Positions 63,324 through 64,000 of a DNA stretch of 64,000 nucleotides are shown here, in pieces. Location of the stretch: NCBI GenBank assembly GCA_047967505.1, contig CM106538.1. One strand, 5' to 3'. The notes under the pieces are model-generated. The model saw only the letters and a list, made by a program, of their open reading frames with translations, did not search any database and was not told the origin of the DNA. A program made the position numbers and the translations under genes. Position 1 is the stretch's first letter; the number at the start of each line of letters is the position of its first letter. Origin of the DNA: Dipteris shenzhenensis (lineage: Eukaryota).

Positions 63324-63370
63324 CCCAGAATTTAAAAAAGGACCTATGGTGTTGTCCTAAAAAAGCCAGC

Positions 63371-63673
63371 TCAATGGCTCAGAGCAAGAGTTCCCGAAAG
63401 TATGGATCGCATAGACGGAAGACGTAGCATCCATGCTCCTTTCTTCGCTGTGCCGCTTGCCAAGGAAGGCCTTCTATCTCCCCACGTTACCAGTGGCAAG
63501 ACGAATAAGACTAGCAATGCCAAATGTAAGATATCCACCCTGATATTGCGCTCGTTCGCATATCCAGCATCGGTGTCCACGATGACTAAGGGATCTGTCT
63601 GTTTACGTGTAAAGGCGGACAAAATAAATGTGAGAATGCATTTTAAGAATCCCTGAATCCACGGGGGATTCAT
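63371..63673 (-). CDS. Candidate 100-aa upstream ORF in the helicase 5' leader
   Basis: ATG-initiated and stops 47 nt before the helicase ATG; lies downstream of a strong acceptor (pyrimidine tract + TTGCAG| at 63921); contains hydrophobic segment ILHLALLVLFVLPLVTW. Confidence 0.5.
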   Translation of the reverse strand: MNPPWIQGFLKCILTFILSAFTRKQTDPLVIVDTDAGYANERNIRVDILHLALLVLFVLPLVTWGDRRPSLASGTAKKGAWMLRLPSMRSILSGTLALSH

Positions 63674-64000
63674 ATATTAGGTAGGACTCTTCCTCAAGGT
63701 GAAAGATTAGGGGGGGGAGGAATCCTGGATGCTGTCCTCCCTTGCAATCGACAGAAGGAAAAACTCCAGATTGTAGATGAGATCAAATCTTGGATACTTG
63801 TAACACACGACCCAAGCCAGGTTGTGGAGGCAATGGTTCCCCCCGAGGAAAATATAGGGTCAAGGTATGCAGAATGCAGCAGAGAAAGCGTCCTGCAATC
63901 AATAATTTGACAACTGCAATCTGCAAGGGTGGGAGAAGGGAGAAGAAACGCAGAAGCGAAATCAGAGGCAAAGAGGGGGTGGGGATGATCACGGAAGCAA

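Overview
Eukaryotic, TE-rich land-plant DNA; a fern or other non-seed plant is my inference from the long TE-filled introns and element types. There is one intact host gene: a minus-strand, 8-coding-exon SEN1/senataxin-like (UPF1-like SF1B) helicase (63323->48998, 4374 nt, 1457 aa, all splice phases consistent). It is preceded by a 100-codon uORF and may have spliced 3'-UTR exons about 14 kb downstream. The rest is nested transposons. Four LTR elements are structurally complete, each with a tRNA-iMet PBS and a TSD: an RT-deleted Ty3 chromovirus, a non-coding element with TG..TA ends, a gag-deleted copia, and a near-complete Ty3 chromovirus. There are also three copia remnants, two related L1-type LINEs, a hAT-type MITE and microsatellites. 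The top finds are: (1) a decayed Helentron/Helitron2-type ORF (DUF6570-Rep N, PIF1 C-terminus, APE endonuclease) at 7262-9260, mostly invisible in the ORF track; (2) the helicase uORF; (3) a ~20-bp-phased array of TTGAC-N4-GTCAA palindromes in a Ty3 LTR; (4) a (TTAGGG)6 tract just upstream of a TATA-like box in a copia LTR. All family calls come from motif recognition by eye; no searches were run.
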